DNA from: Parasitella parasitica NRRL 2501
Taxonomy: Eukaryota; Fungi; Mucoromycota
Direction: 5' to 3'
DNA length: 64,000 nt
Assembly: GCA_025201805.1 (NCBI GenBank)
Contig: MU619284.1
Span: 84,484-148,483, forward strand
This document shows, piece by piece, positions 1 to 13,216 of the stretch. The position numbers and the translations under genes are program-made. Under the pieces are notes generated by a model, which was given only the letters and a program-made list of their open reading frames with translations, did no database searches and was not told the origin of the DNA. How positions within the stretch are numbered: the stretch's first letter is position 1; each line of letters opens with the position of its first letter.

Positions 1-460
1 AGTGGGCGTCAGAAAAGACGAATTTTGAAGAACACTCATGGTAAGAGATAAAAAAATGCATTGAACGTATAACATCTGATATCTCTCTGTTTACAGTATA
101 TAGCTCCTGAAGTAGCCGATCTAGGCAAGCTGTTTGATGAAAAATCTGATTTGTGGTCTCTTGGCATTTATTGTATGAATTGGTTGCAGGCATTCCATTA
201 GTAGATGACTATACTCGAGAAGAAATATACGAAAAGAGCATCTTGCAGGCTCAATAAATACTGTCTACTAGGCATCCATCTACTCTTCAAGTAACTGATG
301 TCTCAAAATTACATCGACTTGGTGCATTCTTAGTTGCAAACTAATCTAGAGTATTGCCCTAGGCCAGCTGCACTTTTAAAAAACATGGTACGTACAATAT
401 ATTGTGTTGTGAAGTATGTATTTTCTTATTGACGTGATCTATTTAGAGTCATTTCCATCA
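1..460 (+). pseudogene. C-terminal fragment of a Ser/Thr protein kinase, frameshifted (pseudogene or assembly error); 5' part lies outside the window
   Basis: After an intron (GTAAGA at 42 to TACAG at 97) it reads YIAPEVADLGKLFDEKSDLWSLGI (subdomains VIII-IX). The expected continuation LYELVAGIP..TREEIYEK is in a shifted frame (one T short at ~167-169) and then meets a stop. Confidence 0.5.
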
Positions 461-885
461 CTTCAAAGTTGGTACCAGACACAAACAAACGAGAAAAGCA
501 TTTGCAAAACTTATACGTAAAGCTTGACGCTGATAAACGCTCAAGTACATTAAATGAATCGGCCTTAATCTATAGTTTAATAAATACCCTTGATTCGCGA
601 TATGGAAGTACTCAAGAAAACCAAGCTTTATTTAGAATTGGTGGCATTGCTTTTATGGTTATATTTACTTGGTTGAGCATTTTAAATAGCTGTTCACACA
701 TCAATCTCATGGTTATTTTAGTGATGATTACTCATTCGCTTGATTTAAGTTCAATGAAAAAGAAAGATGTGTCACTTTAAATAACCCAGCCAATGTATTT
801 TTGGCTCAACATTACATTTCTTGTTCTTTTTTCTTGCCTTTTTATACTTTTTTTGTTTTTTGTTGATTCCTTAGCCTCATTAGAC

Positions 886-2273
886 ATGAGCCATGATATC
901 AAAACCGTTGGCTTAATTTTTACAAGAAAGAAAATCGAGCGTTCAGGATTTATCGGTCTAGAGGATTATGCAATGTGAGTAGGTTTTATTTGTTTTTGTT
1001 TTTGTTTTTTGGAATCAAATGAATATACTGATTCACCTTGCCTAGTAAGCGAAATATCCGTATTATTCATATTGATCTCTCTATTCCTATTGAAGAACAA
1101 GGAAATCTAGACTTGATTGTACACAAAATGACGGATTTGGTTGCAAAAATTGAACGTGGTGATACCGAGGCAGAGGCATTATATCAAAGATTTATCGTAA
1201 GTGATATTTTAATGATTATTCAATTTCAATGGTAACTAAGGAGAGAGTAAAACAGACTTTTAGTAAAAATCATCCCAAGGTAATAATCATCGATGCTTGG
1301 CCGAATATCGAAAAAGTGCTTGATAGAATGCTTTTATATCATCATACAAAAATCTGCGCTGCCAAGGATGTAATAGGTAATAATACATGTAAATTTGATG
1401 TTGGATTGGTGCCCATATAATAGAATAGATGGTAAACCGCTATTTAATGTTCCCAAAAGCATTGCCCTGGATTCTATAAAAGATTGGAAGGATGATATGG
1501 AAATAAGTTTCCCGGTAAGGATAGTATAAATCACTAGGGATACTATACTAAAAAAAAATGGTGTGAACAGACAATGTGTAAGCGCAGAACAGCTTGCTCC
1601 TCAACTGAGGCTCACCAAATGACACTTATACCCTCTGTACAAAGAATGTCACAAATGGAACCACACGTTAAAAATGATGCGGTGATGTTGCAAGAGTTTA
1701 TTCAACATGATGGAGTCATAGTAAAAGTATATGTGGCAGATGGAAAGATCAGTGCTTCAACACGCCCATCATTTAAAAATTTAGATAGTCATGGAGGTAA
1801 GCGGTGTGAAAAGAAAGCAAGTGAGGGGTTGATTTATACAGATATCTGAACATGCTTCTCTCATAGATGTCGTGCATTTTGACAGTCAAACTCTACCAAA
1901 GAGTTTTGAAACTAAAATCGAGCTTTCTCATGATCTCGATAAAGTGTTTCTTAGATCTGATCCAAATGAAATACACCTTTATAAAGAATCGCTTTTAGAC
2001 GATTCAAAATTACAAAAAATTGCGGACTGCCTGCATCGTCAGCTGGTAAATTTATTTATAAAAATGCTTATTTGTATAAATTATACTAATCAAGTTTTTT
2101 TTTTTTTTTTTTTTTTTTTGGGCCTGACATTTTTTGGATTTGTTTTTTTTTTGCAATCACAAACAAACGATTATTTTGTTGTTGATGTCAACTACTTTCC
2201 CAGCTTCAAAGATGTCGAGAATTTCCATTCCATGTTTGTTGATATCCTGGAGAAAAGATTAGCACCATCTTAA
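886..2273 (+). CDS. ITPK1: Inositol-tetrakisphosphate 1-kinase / Ins(1,3,4)P3 5/6-kinase (ATP-grasp), multi-exon
   Basis: Exons give IDLSIPIEEQGNLDLIVHKMTD, EAHQMTL, LQEFIQHDGVIVKVYV, GLTFFGF and VVDVNYFPSF. The last acceptor is hidden in a poly-T run (~2095-2120). Confidence 0.85.
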
Positions 2274-2489
2274 TAAAAAGGACCTCGTCCCCCCTCCAAA
2301 AGAAAAAGCACAAAAAGTACATAAACAGTTGTAAATTATTCCCTCTCCTTGTTAAAGCAATAATAAAACACGCCATTAATCAGAAATTAAACATCCAACT
2401 TATGTTCTATTCGAATGACACAAAAAAAATTGATTTTATTTAAAAATTTTTTTCAAGATCTTGATACTTTTTCTCAAACTAAAATGAGT

Positions 2490-3473
2490 TTAGTTGGAGG
2501 CAGCAGCAGCTCTACGGCGATCACGCTCTTCAGTGATGGAGAGCTTGACACCCTTACCCTTGGGGAGGGAGACCATGGGCTTGGAACCTTGGCCGATAGT
2601 GAAGACGTTGGAGATACGGGTAGCGAAAACACGGTCAAGAGCATCCTTGATGTGGACGATTTCGAAACCACCAATGTGGCGTTCACGGTGAACAAGTTGA
2701 CCAACACGACCAATGTTACGACCACCAGTAACCATAACAACATTACCGACGTCGAACTTGACGAATTCTTCAATCTTGTTGGATTCGAGGTTAAAACGAA
2801 TGGTGTCGTTAACCTTGATCAAAGGATCGGGGTAACGAATGGTACGACCATCATGGGTGGTGATGTAAGGGATACCCTTGGAACCAACAAGGACCTTCTT
2901 GACCTTACAGAGCTTGTACTTGGCCTCCTCATCAGTGATGCGGTGGATGGCGAAACGACCCTTAACGTCATAGACGAGACGGAAGTTTTCACCAGTCTTC
3001 TCAATAGAGATAACATCCATGAAACCAGCGGGGAAGGTGGAATCGGTACGGACCTTGCCGTCAACCTTGACCAAACGTTGCATGAGAATAGATTGGACTT
3101 CACGACCGTTAAGAGCATACTTGAGACGGTTACGGATGAAGACGATCAAAGGAAGACACTCACGTTGCTTGTGGGGACCGGAAGAAGGCTTAGGGGCATA
3201 AGCACCTGTATAACTTTTAATATACTGTATAGCGCAACTCTGATCATAGCCAACACATACCTAAAAGTTTGTCAAGCATCCAGTGCTTGGGAGCTGCCAA
3301 ACGCTTCATATGTTTCTTAGGACCACGACCCTATAATAACAAGCATTTTTTTTTAGCTCAATATTCACATCCATCAATTCGTCCATCCATCAACAAATGT
3401 ATCGATCCATCCATTTCAAGATTATATTGATAACTTTGATGGATGCATCTACAATCTATTGCCAACATACCAT
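2490..3473 (-). CDS. RPS4: 40S ribosomal protein S4 (eS4); 2 introns, first coding exon is ATG only
   Basis: M|[21 protein letters not shown]..|[32 protein letters not shown]...[15 protein letters not shown], with strong codon bias. Confidence 0.97.
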
Positions 3474-4906
3474 TATGAGATAATTATCAAGGGGATTAAA
3501 AAGGAGGGATCAAAGTTTGGAAAACCACATTTTGCTTTATCAACATTTACGGGAATCAAATTGGTGGCTTGATTCAGGCTTCTGTGACTAGAATGAATGG
3601 TGAAAACTCAATGCGCAAAGATATTGGAAAGGATACAAATGTTTCAGCGCCAATGGATGATTGTTTGATAGGACACAGTTGTGTATGATACAACATTTTA
3701 AATCTTATTAGGCTTACATGGAGATATTAGGCATCAATTCATCGGCCTTCTATTCATTATTTCGTTACGCATGGGCCCATCTAAACAAGATATCAAAAGA
3801 AATGCAAGTTTCTCCTCAAAAAATTTAGATATAGACCCAAATAATGCCATCATTGATAGATGCTCATTTTTGTTTGTTTAAGCATTGAGAAACAAATTGA
3901 TATGAAAACAGCATCAAAAACGACATCTTCAGATAATTTAATTCATCCCAAATTATAGACAAAGACAAGTCTCTATTCGTTTTTGGGAGATATTTGTACC
4001 AGTACAAGCATTGATCATTTCTTTGTAGCATAAAGTATTCAAAAGAGGCCTAGCAATACCACTATATTTATTGGACGCAATCCCTTTCAATTTGAATAAT
4101 ATGTTTAGCATTGAAACACTGCCAGACATTTATCTAGTATCCCCCCCCCTGATTCATAATTTGTTGATTAGCCTTCTCAACAACATTGTACAAAGTCGTA
4201 TCCATAGTATTATTAATTTAATTATCTGACTAGTGCACGTCAAATATTTAATCTTTCACATACTTAAACATCCGGGCATACAAACATGTAATGCCAAATA
4301 TTTTGCGCAAACAAACTCTGTTAATTCACACTGGTGTGTGCCAACATTTAATTTTTCAGTCTCCAGTGCATGCTGGATGTGCTTCGATCCTTAATATGTA
4401 TAATACAAAAATAGAAAAAGGCATCCTTGACGCGGTATTGTGTATAGTAAAACATTCGTGTGCATTATCATTATACATTTATAGGAGTGGTCAAGTATAT
4501 GTGTACACGCAATGTTTATTCGAACAATTATCCAGAGAGTGAACGATGTACATTATTATTATACAAGTGCATTATGCAAATAAATAGTAGTAAAATCAAA
4601 AAACTAGTAATGCTGATATGTAGTTGTACTTGCAGCTTACAGACTCGAAATACATATGAAATGACAGTAATGATGGTCTATCATGCCATTGTATATTAGT
4701 ATTGTTTATGTAAAAATATATGTATAAATGTATACTGTAGAATATAACTTGTGATCTATTTTATATAATTTTAGCTTCAAGGATACATAAAGGGATCGCA
4801 GTATCAGCTACCCAGAAAATAAATCAGGGACGCAATAGGAGTGGTCAAAAGGAATATGCCAGCGTAAAAAAAAACAATGGACGAACGAGACAGCATAGAG
4901 CACATG

Positions 4907-5551
4907 CTATGACTGATAGGGTGTCGCTACGAAATGATGCTGATGAGGTAAAATCATCGGTCTTTTAGATGCTGGCGGTGACAGTGTAGAATTGGAAGCA
5001 TTCTCTAACGTTAATCGTAGCTGGACGCTTGGAGGCTGATTCTTTATGAGATTTTCATCTTGATAATGGTGTTTCTGAGCAATTGTTGAGCTGGTAGATG
5101 ACCAGGCAGAACAAGAGGAAGATGAAAATTTACTGCTATACGTTGATTCTGGCGTGGTGATCAATTTTTCGTTTGTAAACACCATAGGAGGGTGATTATT
5201 CCATTCAAGATCTGCTTCTTGCAGTGCTTTATGTCTCCTTTCAAATGAGAAAGGCCCAGACCATCCGACCTTATCCATCCTCTTTTCATTTACTTTACGT
5301 CGAATGCGACTGCAGTTCAAAATAAAGCATGTCAAGATAACTAAAAAGACGACAATTACTATAGTAAATGGTCCCCATGTGGTGGTTGGTATTCGCTCCG
5401 TTGTGGCTCTAGCAGGTGTATATATGTCAGTGATCATTGCCATGTCGGTGGATGTGGTCGGCTTGCCATGGTTTTGATGCTTATGTTTAGACGATAAAGT
5501 AGCAGAAGCAGTAGCAGCAGTAGGAGATGCTATGACAAGGAATGGATCCAT
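4907..5551 (-). CDS. Hypothetical single-pass membrane protein (Ser/Thr-rich N-terminus, one TM helix, basic juxtamembrane segment)
   Basis: Intronless 214-aa ATG ORF. TM segment FTIVIVVFLVILTCFIL is followed by RIRRK. Confidence 0.6.
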   Translation of the reverse strand: MDPFLVIASPTAATASATLSSKHKHQNHGKPTTSTDMAMITDIYTPARATTERIPTTTWGPFTIVIVVFLVILTCFILNCSRIRRKVNEKRMDKVGWSGPFSFERRHKALQEADLEWNNHPPMVFTNEKLITTPESTYSSKFSSSSCSAWSSTSSTIAQKHHYQDENLIKNQPPSVQLRLTLENASNSTLSPPASKRPMILPHQHHFVATPYQS

Positions 5552-6044
5552 GATTTAAGGGTATAAAACCAATTTCAGTCCAGAGAAAACCAAGAGAACA
5601 AGAGATGAAAAAGTTTAAATGCTTCCTTTTATACATTTTTCTGTAGACTTCAAAAGGGGCTCAAAGATGGAGGACATTTATCAGGGGACGAGGATGAGGG
5701 AGGAAGGGGGTAACCATGATAGACTATATCATGGACAAAAGCAAATCGCCACATTTGAACTGATACCTTTTCTTTTTCTTTTTTTTCACAGTGAAGCAAA
5801 CTTGAACAAAATCAACGTGATTTAAGCATGAGATTTGATCCCTTGATATGAACACAGTAGTCCCCTGGATCGGATACTGTACCAAGCAATAATGACACAC
5901 GCGAACGCTTTTTTTTTTAAAAAAAAAAACTTCTTTTCAAAATGTCAAAATCATGTATCCCGCGTGCTTTTATTTCATTCAACCATCTATTATAAAAGCT
6001 TGAAAAAATTAAGAAAAATGAGAAAAGTTACAATTTACAATTTT

Positions 6045-7879
6045 TTAGTGCATGGTAGGCATGGAAACGGCAGCACGGGTGTGCTCAGAATCACTCTCCT
6101 TCCATAAGGAAGTTACGGTCTTGGGTTTGGTATAGAAGTTAAGGCCGCTCTTTCCGTAAAAGTTCATGTCGCCCAAAATGGAGCCACGGCTACCGGTGAA
6201 AGAGAAGGGAGGGACAGGGACTGGGATAGGCACATTGATACCAACTTGGCCAACATCAATTTCATGTTCAAACTTGCGAGCACTGGGGCCAGAGTTAGTA
6301 AATACAGCGGTACCGTTACCGTAAGGGTTCTTATTGATCAGTTCGATAGCTTCGTCCAGAGTATCGACATTCAAACAAACCAAAACAGGGCCAAAAATTT
6401 CCTCTCGGTAGCATTCCATGTGGGTTTTGACATTAGTCAATAAGGAAGGACCAACAAAGTTACCCTTCTCAAAGTTCTTGACAACGACACCACGGCCATC
6501 CAATATCAAATCAGCACCTTCATCAACACCGCTTTGGATAAGACGCTCAACACGTTTCTTGGATTGGACAGTGATCAGGGGTCCAACATCAGTATCAGGA
6601 TCCATACCGTAGCCAACCTTCAGTTCACGAGCACGCTGAGCCAACTCTGGCATCCAATCTTTGGTCTCACCTACACACACCAAGGTGCTCAGAGCCATAC
6701 AACGTTGGCCAGCAGCACCGAATGCAGCACCAGCAATGGCATTTAAAGCAGATTGCTTGTTGGCGTCGGGCAAGAGAACAGCATGGTTCTTGGCGCCCAA
6801 GTTGGCTTGTACTCTCTTACCATTGGCATTACCACGAGTGTAAATGTGTTCACCAGCCTTATCAGAACCGACAAATGAGATGGCCTTGATCTCGGGCTCA
6901 TCGCAAATGTAGTTGACACAATCAACGGAACCATGAACAATGTTTAAGACACCGTCGGGTACGCCTGCTTCAGCAGCCAACTTGGCCAACATCATCAAGG
7001 CGCCGGGATCCCGTTCAGAAGGCTTCATGATGATAGAGTTACCAGCAGCAATAGCGAGGGGGAACATCCACAAAGGGATCATGGCAGGGAAGTTGAAGGG
7101 ACAGATACCTGCAACAACGCCCAAAGGCTCGCGATACGTGTCTATTTTGAAAGCGTTATTTATACACAAAACGCCCTCCTTTTTCCTTTTTCTTTTTTTT
7201 TTGTCTGTTAGGCGAATTAATACTTACATGTCTCCATATCCTTTGCTACAGTCAATTTCTCGCCCATCAACATGTTTGTAAGTGCACATGCTTGTTCGAC
7301 AACCTGGAGCCCACGGAAGACATCGCCCTTGGCATCAGCAAAGGTTTTGCCTTGCTCTTGAACAATGTTTTCGGCAATGGCATCTTGGTTTTGACGAATC
7401 AAGTACTGCAAGTCCATCATGACTCTTTGACGAGCCAACACGGTTGTCTTTTTCCATTCTTTGGCAGCAGCAGCAGCAGTCTCAGTAGCTTTGTTCAATT
7501 CCTCGGGAGTTGATTCAGGGACATAGCCGATCAAGTCTTGAGTGGCCTATGATCACTTTTTTTAGTTTTTTTTTTTTTTTTTTTTTTTNNNNNNNNNNTT
7601 TTTTTTTTTTACACAATCATGGTTAGAGACTCATCATCTTACGGGGTTGTATAATTCGATCCATTTATCAGTCTTTGACTCTGTGAATTTACCGTTGATG
7701 TAATTCTTGACAGTTTCTACACCGGCAACTCTTTGCAAAGCAGGAAATTGAGTGCTAAATGCTCTACGAGCAAATGGAGTACATCTAGTTGATCTTTTTA
7801 GAATCGCCGCCAGTCTTGTCATTGCTCATGTTTACCTTTGAATAGCAGTCGAAGAAGACTTTAAAATCGATGAAAGCAT
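6045..7879 (-). CDS. ALDH6A1: Methylmalonate-semialdehyde dehydrogenase (acylating), mitochondrial
   Basis: Motifs [41 protein letters not shown] and EEIFGPV. Predicted exon 1 [15 protein letters not shown] (ATG 7879) splices over intron 7835-7764. An N-gap at 7589-7598 lies in an intron. Confidence 0.93.
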
Positions 7880-8447
7880 CTTGCAAAAAAGTGTGAGAAA
7901 AAAAACCACCTAATACGAAAAGAGAAAAAGGGCATCTAAGCTTTTTGCGTTTATTTATACACCCAAGATACCGTGCGAAAAAACAACAAACGAAGCATGA
8001 TTGCTGTGTTTTATGTGACCGGCTCGGATATCCTATGTCTGCGATTTGCATACCTGCTTGTGCATGTGAATTATCTCCAATGGGATATGTAGTGACATGC
8101 ACATTAGTGTGTACAGTTCGTACTGCCTGTAACCAAAGCAGAGGGAGGGATAGACGGTGAATGACAAAGCAATACGGCCGTATATAGATTATCTTGGCTT
8201 GAGCGTGAGAAGGCGTCAAGGTACGGTATATTACATTTATACAAGGCTAAAGATATTTTAGCCGCTAATAGGGATACACGCTCAACTGCCAAATATATTT
8301 ATATAAAATCACTAGAATGTAACTTGACGTGTGCAAATATTACTGCTGTGTTCAGTTTCTTGTACCTGAAGAGCCCTTTAACCGGGTATTCCTTATATTT
8401 ATGCATATGCCAACATTACAAACATTAGTAAAATACTACTATATAGT

Positions 8448-10718
8448 CTAGTTTTCGTAGTAAACACCACTCTGCTCCATTTCAACGCCAAACTGTTCAT
8501 ATGTCACCTTGTACTTGAGACGTAAATGCTCCTGCAACATACACCAGTCAGTACACATAATTACAGCAAAATGTGTTGCATATATGTATATATACCTTTT
8601 TGGGATTCTCGATACTGATGGCTTGAGTCACTGCATTTTCTGATTTAGGGGGCACAGAGTTAGATGAAACTGGACTCATTTTTAAATGCATCGACTTGGA
8701 ATAAGCGTTAATAAAAATTGCCTTACACTTGTAAATAGCACTACCTTTGGCGCTGCCAATGATAATGTCATTTTATCCATTGGCGCAGTTGACTTGTTTG
8801 AATAACAAGCCTTCAATTTCCACACTTCACCTACTGAATAAGCTTTCAACTGAATAACCAGGCCATTTTTGTTGATCAAATTGGCTGCAAATTTTTGATT
8901 AATTCGTGCAATGATTGGCTACACAAGCGACTTACTTGATTTTTTAGCCTGTTCTTGATCAGAATGATGATTGAATGTAGTATCAATGTTGGTATTAAGA
9001 TTGGATAGATTAGAACCTGAAGGAGGGGTTAGGCTTGATTGCACAGTCTGTGATAACATATCAAAGGCGTCTGTGGATGATGTACTCGTATCGACGGTCG
9101 CTTTTTCGCCAAACATGTCTACCAAGTCATCCAAGGCATTCTTTGCAGTGGTAGTCCCAGAAGTAGGAAGAGATGGGGAGGACGAGGATGAGGTATTCTC
9201 AAATGCATCGTCTAGATCAATTAAACTAATGGGCTGGCGGGGTGCACTCTTATCTGATAAGCTGTTGGATTCGCTCTTAAACTTGCCACTAATATCATAC
9301 TCGGTATCATATCGACCGTGCTTAACATCCTGATATTTCAGTACAACGCCTTTGATGATAGAATTAACTTCGTTCAGCCTTTCGATCTTTTCGGCGTCCT
9401 CTACATCCTTCAACATGTTTTTGATTTTTGGCAGGGCACTTTGACAGGCATTTTTCAGCTCTTCTATGGTACCAGCCTCTTCAATGACATCCCCTTGCTT
9501 CATATTATCCAACATTTCGTACAGCAAACAAGCTTTGTTTTGAATTTTGTGTAACTCTTCAACAAACTTTTCCTTGAAATTGGTTTGGTGTTTTTGATCC
9601 TAAATTTAACACGGCATTTTAGTGAAAATTCATGCAAAATAAGTCTTTGATTCATACATATCCTGTCATAATTTTCATCAACTTGTTAGCTTCAACCAAA
9701 TCTTGAGGTCTGCCCCTTCTAATCAATTCTTGCAATTTCTAGAGAAGCAGATTAGTTGGCGAGTTATATATAAGCAATGCCCCTCCCCCCTAATTCGCCC
9801 AACTTACAGCTGATTTAGCTACACGGTCCTCTTCTTCTAATTCATGAGCGGATTTCAGCGTCTACCAGATAGTTAAATATACACACATGTCATATCGGCA
9901 ATCTCTGTTTTACCTCAGTAGGAGCTAAAGCGGCAATTGAAGAATCTCGAAGTTCTGGAAATTGGTATCCTACATGGATGTTAGCTTGTAACTGTTCTGT
10001 AGGTGGGATTTGCAAAGGCGCACATACCTTTGAATTTCAATAATCGATACATGTCTTTTATATGCGCCATATCCTCCTTGTATCGAGAAAGTTCGGCCAA
10101 GGCGATTTTCCATTCCTTGATCAAGTACAAAATACGGTCCATGACTGGATTGGACAAGAATTGTTGAGGTGGCACATAATCAAAGTGATTCCATTGATTT
10201 TCTGGGGCAGATTGAACTGGATTCGGTGCATATCGAGCTGGAGGGCGCTCAGGAAATCGACGAACAAGGTTGTTTAAGAATTCTTTAGATGCAATTTGAA
10301 GATGGAACGGATACCCGCAGTTCTTCACACAATTGTCCAGCAACTAACCAAAGTCATCTATCAGTATTGGACTGTGCGGCTGGGTGAAGAAGAAGAAAAA
10401 ACTTACGGTTAAAGCCAGCATGGCCTGGTGGACTTTGGTGCTATTGACAAGTCGTACAATTGCTAGGGCTGCAACTCGAGGGCTTCATTGAGTGTGTTGA
10501 GTATATGTCCAAGAAAGGAGTCAAGAAAACATACTTACGCATTGCCTTGTTTTTTATTGATTGTCTCGCAAACTTCGAGGTTGACAGCGAGGTTAGGGTC
10601 AAAGCGAGATGGGCTACATGCTCTTTCTAATTTCTGATAGTTAGCATTCCTTTTTTTTTTTCGTAGAAATTTCTCTGCCTCTTTGCATACCTATTAAACC
10701 GGGTAAAGAATAGGTCAT
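8448..10718 (-). CDS. GGA: GGA-type clathrin adaptor (VHS, GAT and GAE domains)
   Basis: VHS motif LLDNCVKNCGYPFHLQIASKEFLN, GAT motif ELIRRGRPQDLVEANKLMKIMTGY, SLIDLDD clathrin box, and C-terminal GAE (LSLAAPK, LRLKYKVTY). Confidence 0.88.
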
Positions 10719-10931
10719 TTTCTAATTGAAATAACAGTGATAAGACGTTGACTTTATAGGGTAAAAAGAAGAGAAATATTTATTTATTTATTTTCGTAGA
10801 AAATGGGATTCATTTATAGTTGCACCATCGTGTTCGGATGTTAAACGCTAGAGATGGAATCCATTGGCCCTGCTCTTTCCCTCTCTCGCTCTCCTTCTCA
10901 TTTTAAGTATAAAGCATACTTGATAAATACC

Positions 10932-11774
10932 ATGGAGCCAGCCGAATACTACGAAAGCGTCGATTTGCATATACGATGGACGGAAGGACAGGACCTTATA
11001 CTACGTGCATCTCCACAGGACCCTATAGATGCGATTAAAGAGAAGGTACTCATACAACAACTGTGTATATAATGCAAACTAAAAAAAATAAAAAAAAGCG
11101 TAGATACGACAATCCTCCAGCAGAGCAGAGAACAAATACATTAGACTTATCCATAACGGTAAAATGCTCGAAGATGCAAAGACGCTCAAAGAGTACGGCA
11201 TAGGAAAGATCATCAGAGCAGATTCAAAGGCAAGATTAGAACCGCCTTCGCCAGTGTATTTTCACTGCTCATTATCAGACTTTACTCCACCCAATTCACA
11301 AAATGTATGTAGATATGCAGACCAAAGCGCTTGTGTTAACATTTACTAGAACCAGCCCCAGATGACTCCTCCAACAGGGTTTGATAGACTTCTGGAATCA
11401 GGATTTACAGAGGAAGACATCCAAAATATCAGGACCCAATTTCATAGAATGCATGGGACATCGTTTGAAGAAACACCAACTGAAGAGGCTAGAAATTTGG
11501 AGGAACAGTGGATGGATAATACTGGAGAGACGCTACCAGACGGAAGTGAGTATAATTGGCAGGGCATCAAAGGGTGAGCATGTCTAATCAGTGCATGGCA
11601 GCGATACAGGGGACATACAAGGAAATGATGTGGGGATTGATGCTTGGCTTTTTTCTCGGTATTATATGTCTTTTTTGGTTTCGAGAATCTGTCTTTTCAA
11701 GAAGACATCAGATGGGAATTGTTGCTGGCATACTGATCAACATCTCATTTGGCGTGCTTCATGTCTACTATTAA
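10932..11774 (+). CDS. DSC3: Dsc3-like subunit of the DSC E3 ligase (ubiquitin-like domain plus C-terminal TM region)
   Basis: IRLIHNGKML, VYFHCSLSD, PTGFDRLLESGFTEEDIQNIRTQFH, RNLEEQWMD, GLMLGFFLG and RHQMGIVAGILINISF. Confidence 0.85.
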
Positions 11775-11840
11775 AAATTTCCACCTTCCGCCTTCCGTTC
11801 TGAATACATCTTTTTCTCTCTAATCTCATACATTGCATCC

Positions 11841-12755
11841 ATGTATCTGATCATTTTTATATGTACATGTTTAATAATACTCGCTATCCTAAGTATCTGC
11901 GCTCAACAACTACACGAACTGCAGGCTTCTGTACTGTCTTATGGAAAACTAAATCTACACAACAATAAAAAGCCCACAACAAACTGGGCTTATCGACTTT
12001 CAAAGCTCACAGTACGCAAACGCTGTTTCAGCCATTTTTACGTTGTTGGATTGACAACAGCAATCATCTCCATCGCCGAGCTAACGTCCTTGTCTTGTTA
12101 CAAGAAGCCGCTTTTCTTTATGTATTTGCTAGATCGCTACGATAATCGTGCTGGCAGCCATCATTTGCCACAGCAGCAGTGTATAATTGGATTGATACTT
12201 GTAACGTGTCATCTAAGTAGACGTGTATATGAATCCTTTTGCGTAGAGAAGCCATCCAAGACAGCAACCATGCATGTTTCCCACTATTTAATCGGCATTG
12301 GCTTTTACGGTGCCATGGTGCTTGGTACCTGGCTCGAGGGCGTCTCTAATTTTGAACCATTGCAGCAGCAGCAGCAGCAACAGCCATTGCTCAACATGAT
12401 AAATGTAATGGCAATCATTTTATTTTTTTACGCTTCATACCACCAACACAAATGCCATGTCATTTTATCGTCATTAAGGTCCAACAATCAAGAGAACTAC
12501 TCTATCCCAAGAGGAGATTGGTTTGAGACCTTGGTAACACCCCACTACTTTGCAGACATTCTTATATATCTCGCACTCAACATCCTCTATCGCTTCCGAA
12601 ATTATATTATACTGTGTGGCCTGATTTGGACAGCAGTCAATTTATCCATCGTGTCCCAAGAAACTCAAACATGGTATCGCACGCATTTCTCTACTGAAAA
12701 GTATTATCAAGCCTTTCCTCGTGGTCGTAAAAGGATTATACCAGGTCTTTACTAG
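11841..12755 (+). CDS. DFG10: Polyprenol/polyprenal reductase (steroid 5-alpha-reductase family, SRD5A3/Dfg10)
   Basis: SYGKL, FSHFYVVG, HLSRRVYES, HYLIGIGFY, HQHKCHVILSSLR and YSIPRGDWFETLVTPHYFADILIY; intronless. Confidence 0.9.
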   Translation: MYLIIFICTCLIILAILSICAQQLHELQASVLSYGKLNLHNNKKPTTNWAYRLSKLTVRKRCFSHFYVVGLTTAIISIAELTSLSCYKKPLFFMYLLDRYDNRAGSHHLPQQQCIIGLILVTCHLSRRVYESFCVEKPSKTATMHVSHYLIGIGFYGAMVLGTWLEGVSNFEPLQQQQQQQPLLNMINVMAIILFFYASYHQHKCHVILSSLRSNNQENYSIPRGDWFETLVTPHYFADILIYLALNILYRFRNYIILCGLIWTAVNLSIVSQETQTWYRTHFSTEKYYQAFPRGRKRIIPGLY

Positions 12756-12810
12756 TTTATGACATAAAGATGGAGAGTTTTTTTTTCTTTTTTTTTATTA
12801 CTGTACAAAT

Positions 12811-12881
12811 TGTGTGCGACTGTATGTGTTCCTGTGTGCGTGTGTGTGTGCATGTGTGTTTGTGCGTGTGTGTATGTGTGT
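12811..12881. repeat. Imperfect (GT)n microsatellite
   Basis: Interrupted TG dinucleotide run between the convergent DFG10 and RSM19 3' ends. Confidence 0.8.
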
Positions 12882-12899
12882 CTACATAGCTTGGAATGT

Positions 12900-13216
12900 C
12901 TATTTGGCCTTGGTAAAACGATAGGTGAAACGCTTTCTAGTAAAAGCAAATTCACCCAACTTGTGCCCGATCATTTCTTCAGTGATATGAACTGGTAGAT
13001 AGTCTTTACCATTGTGCACTAGGAATTTGAGACCTACAAAAGATGGTAAAATGGTGCAGCTACGAGCTTATTGTTCGAGAGAAAGTCAGATTTGGCTGTT
13101 TTATAATCAATGTCAAAAGACAAACCTTGCGTGGCAATAGGAGTGCCAGCTTGAACGGCCTGCTTTAATCCAGGGAATGCTACGAAAAATGGACCTTTCC
13201 AAGCTGCACGAGGCAT
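12900..13216 (-). CDS. RSM19: Mitochondrial ribosomal protein uS19m, one intron
   Basis: [11 protein letters not shown]...TQ|[45 protein letters not shown]. Confidence 0.92.

Noticed and set aside
2415-3320. Long antisense ORFs over RPS4 (also over MMSDH, LYS2 at 21145-22062, the BP74-like genes and VMA1)
   Set aside because: These are shadows of biased codon usage on the coding strand and have no recognisable motifs
3360-3450. CATCCATC repeats with one inverted GATGGATG in RPS4 intron 1, as a possible autoregulatory structure or snoRNA
   Set aside because: Too short and low in complexity; no convincing box C/D or H/ACA layout
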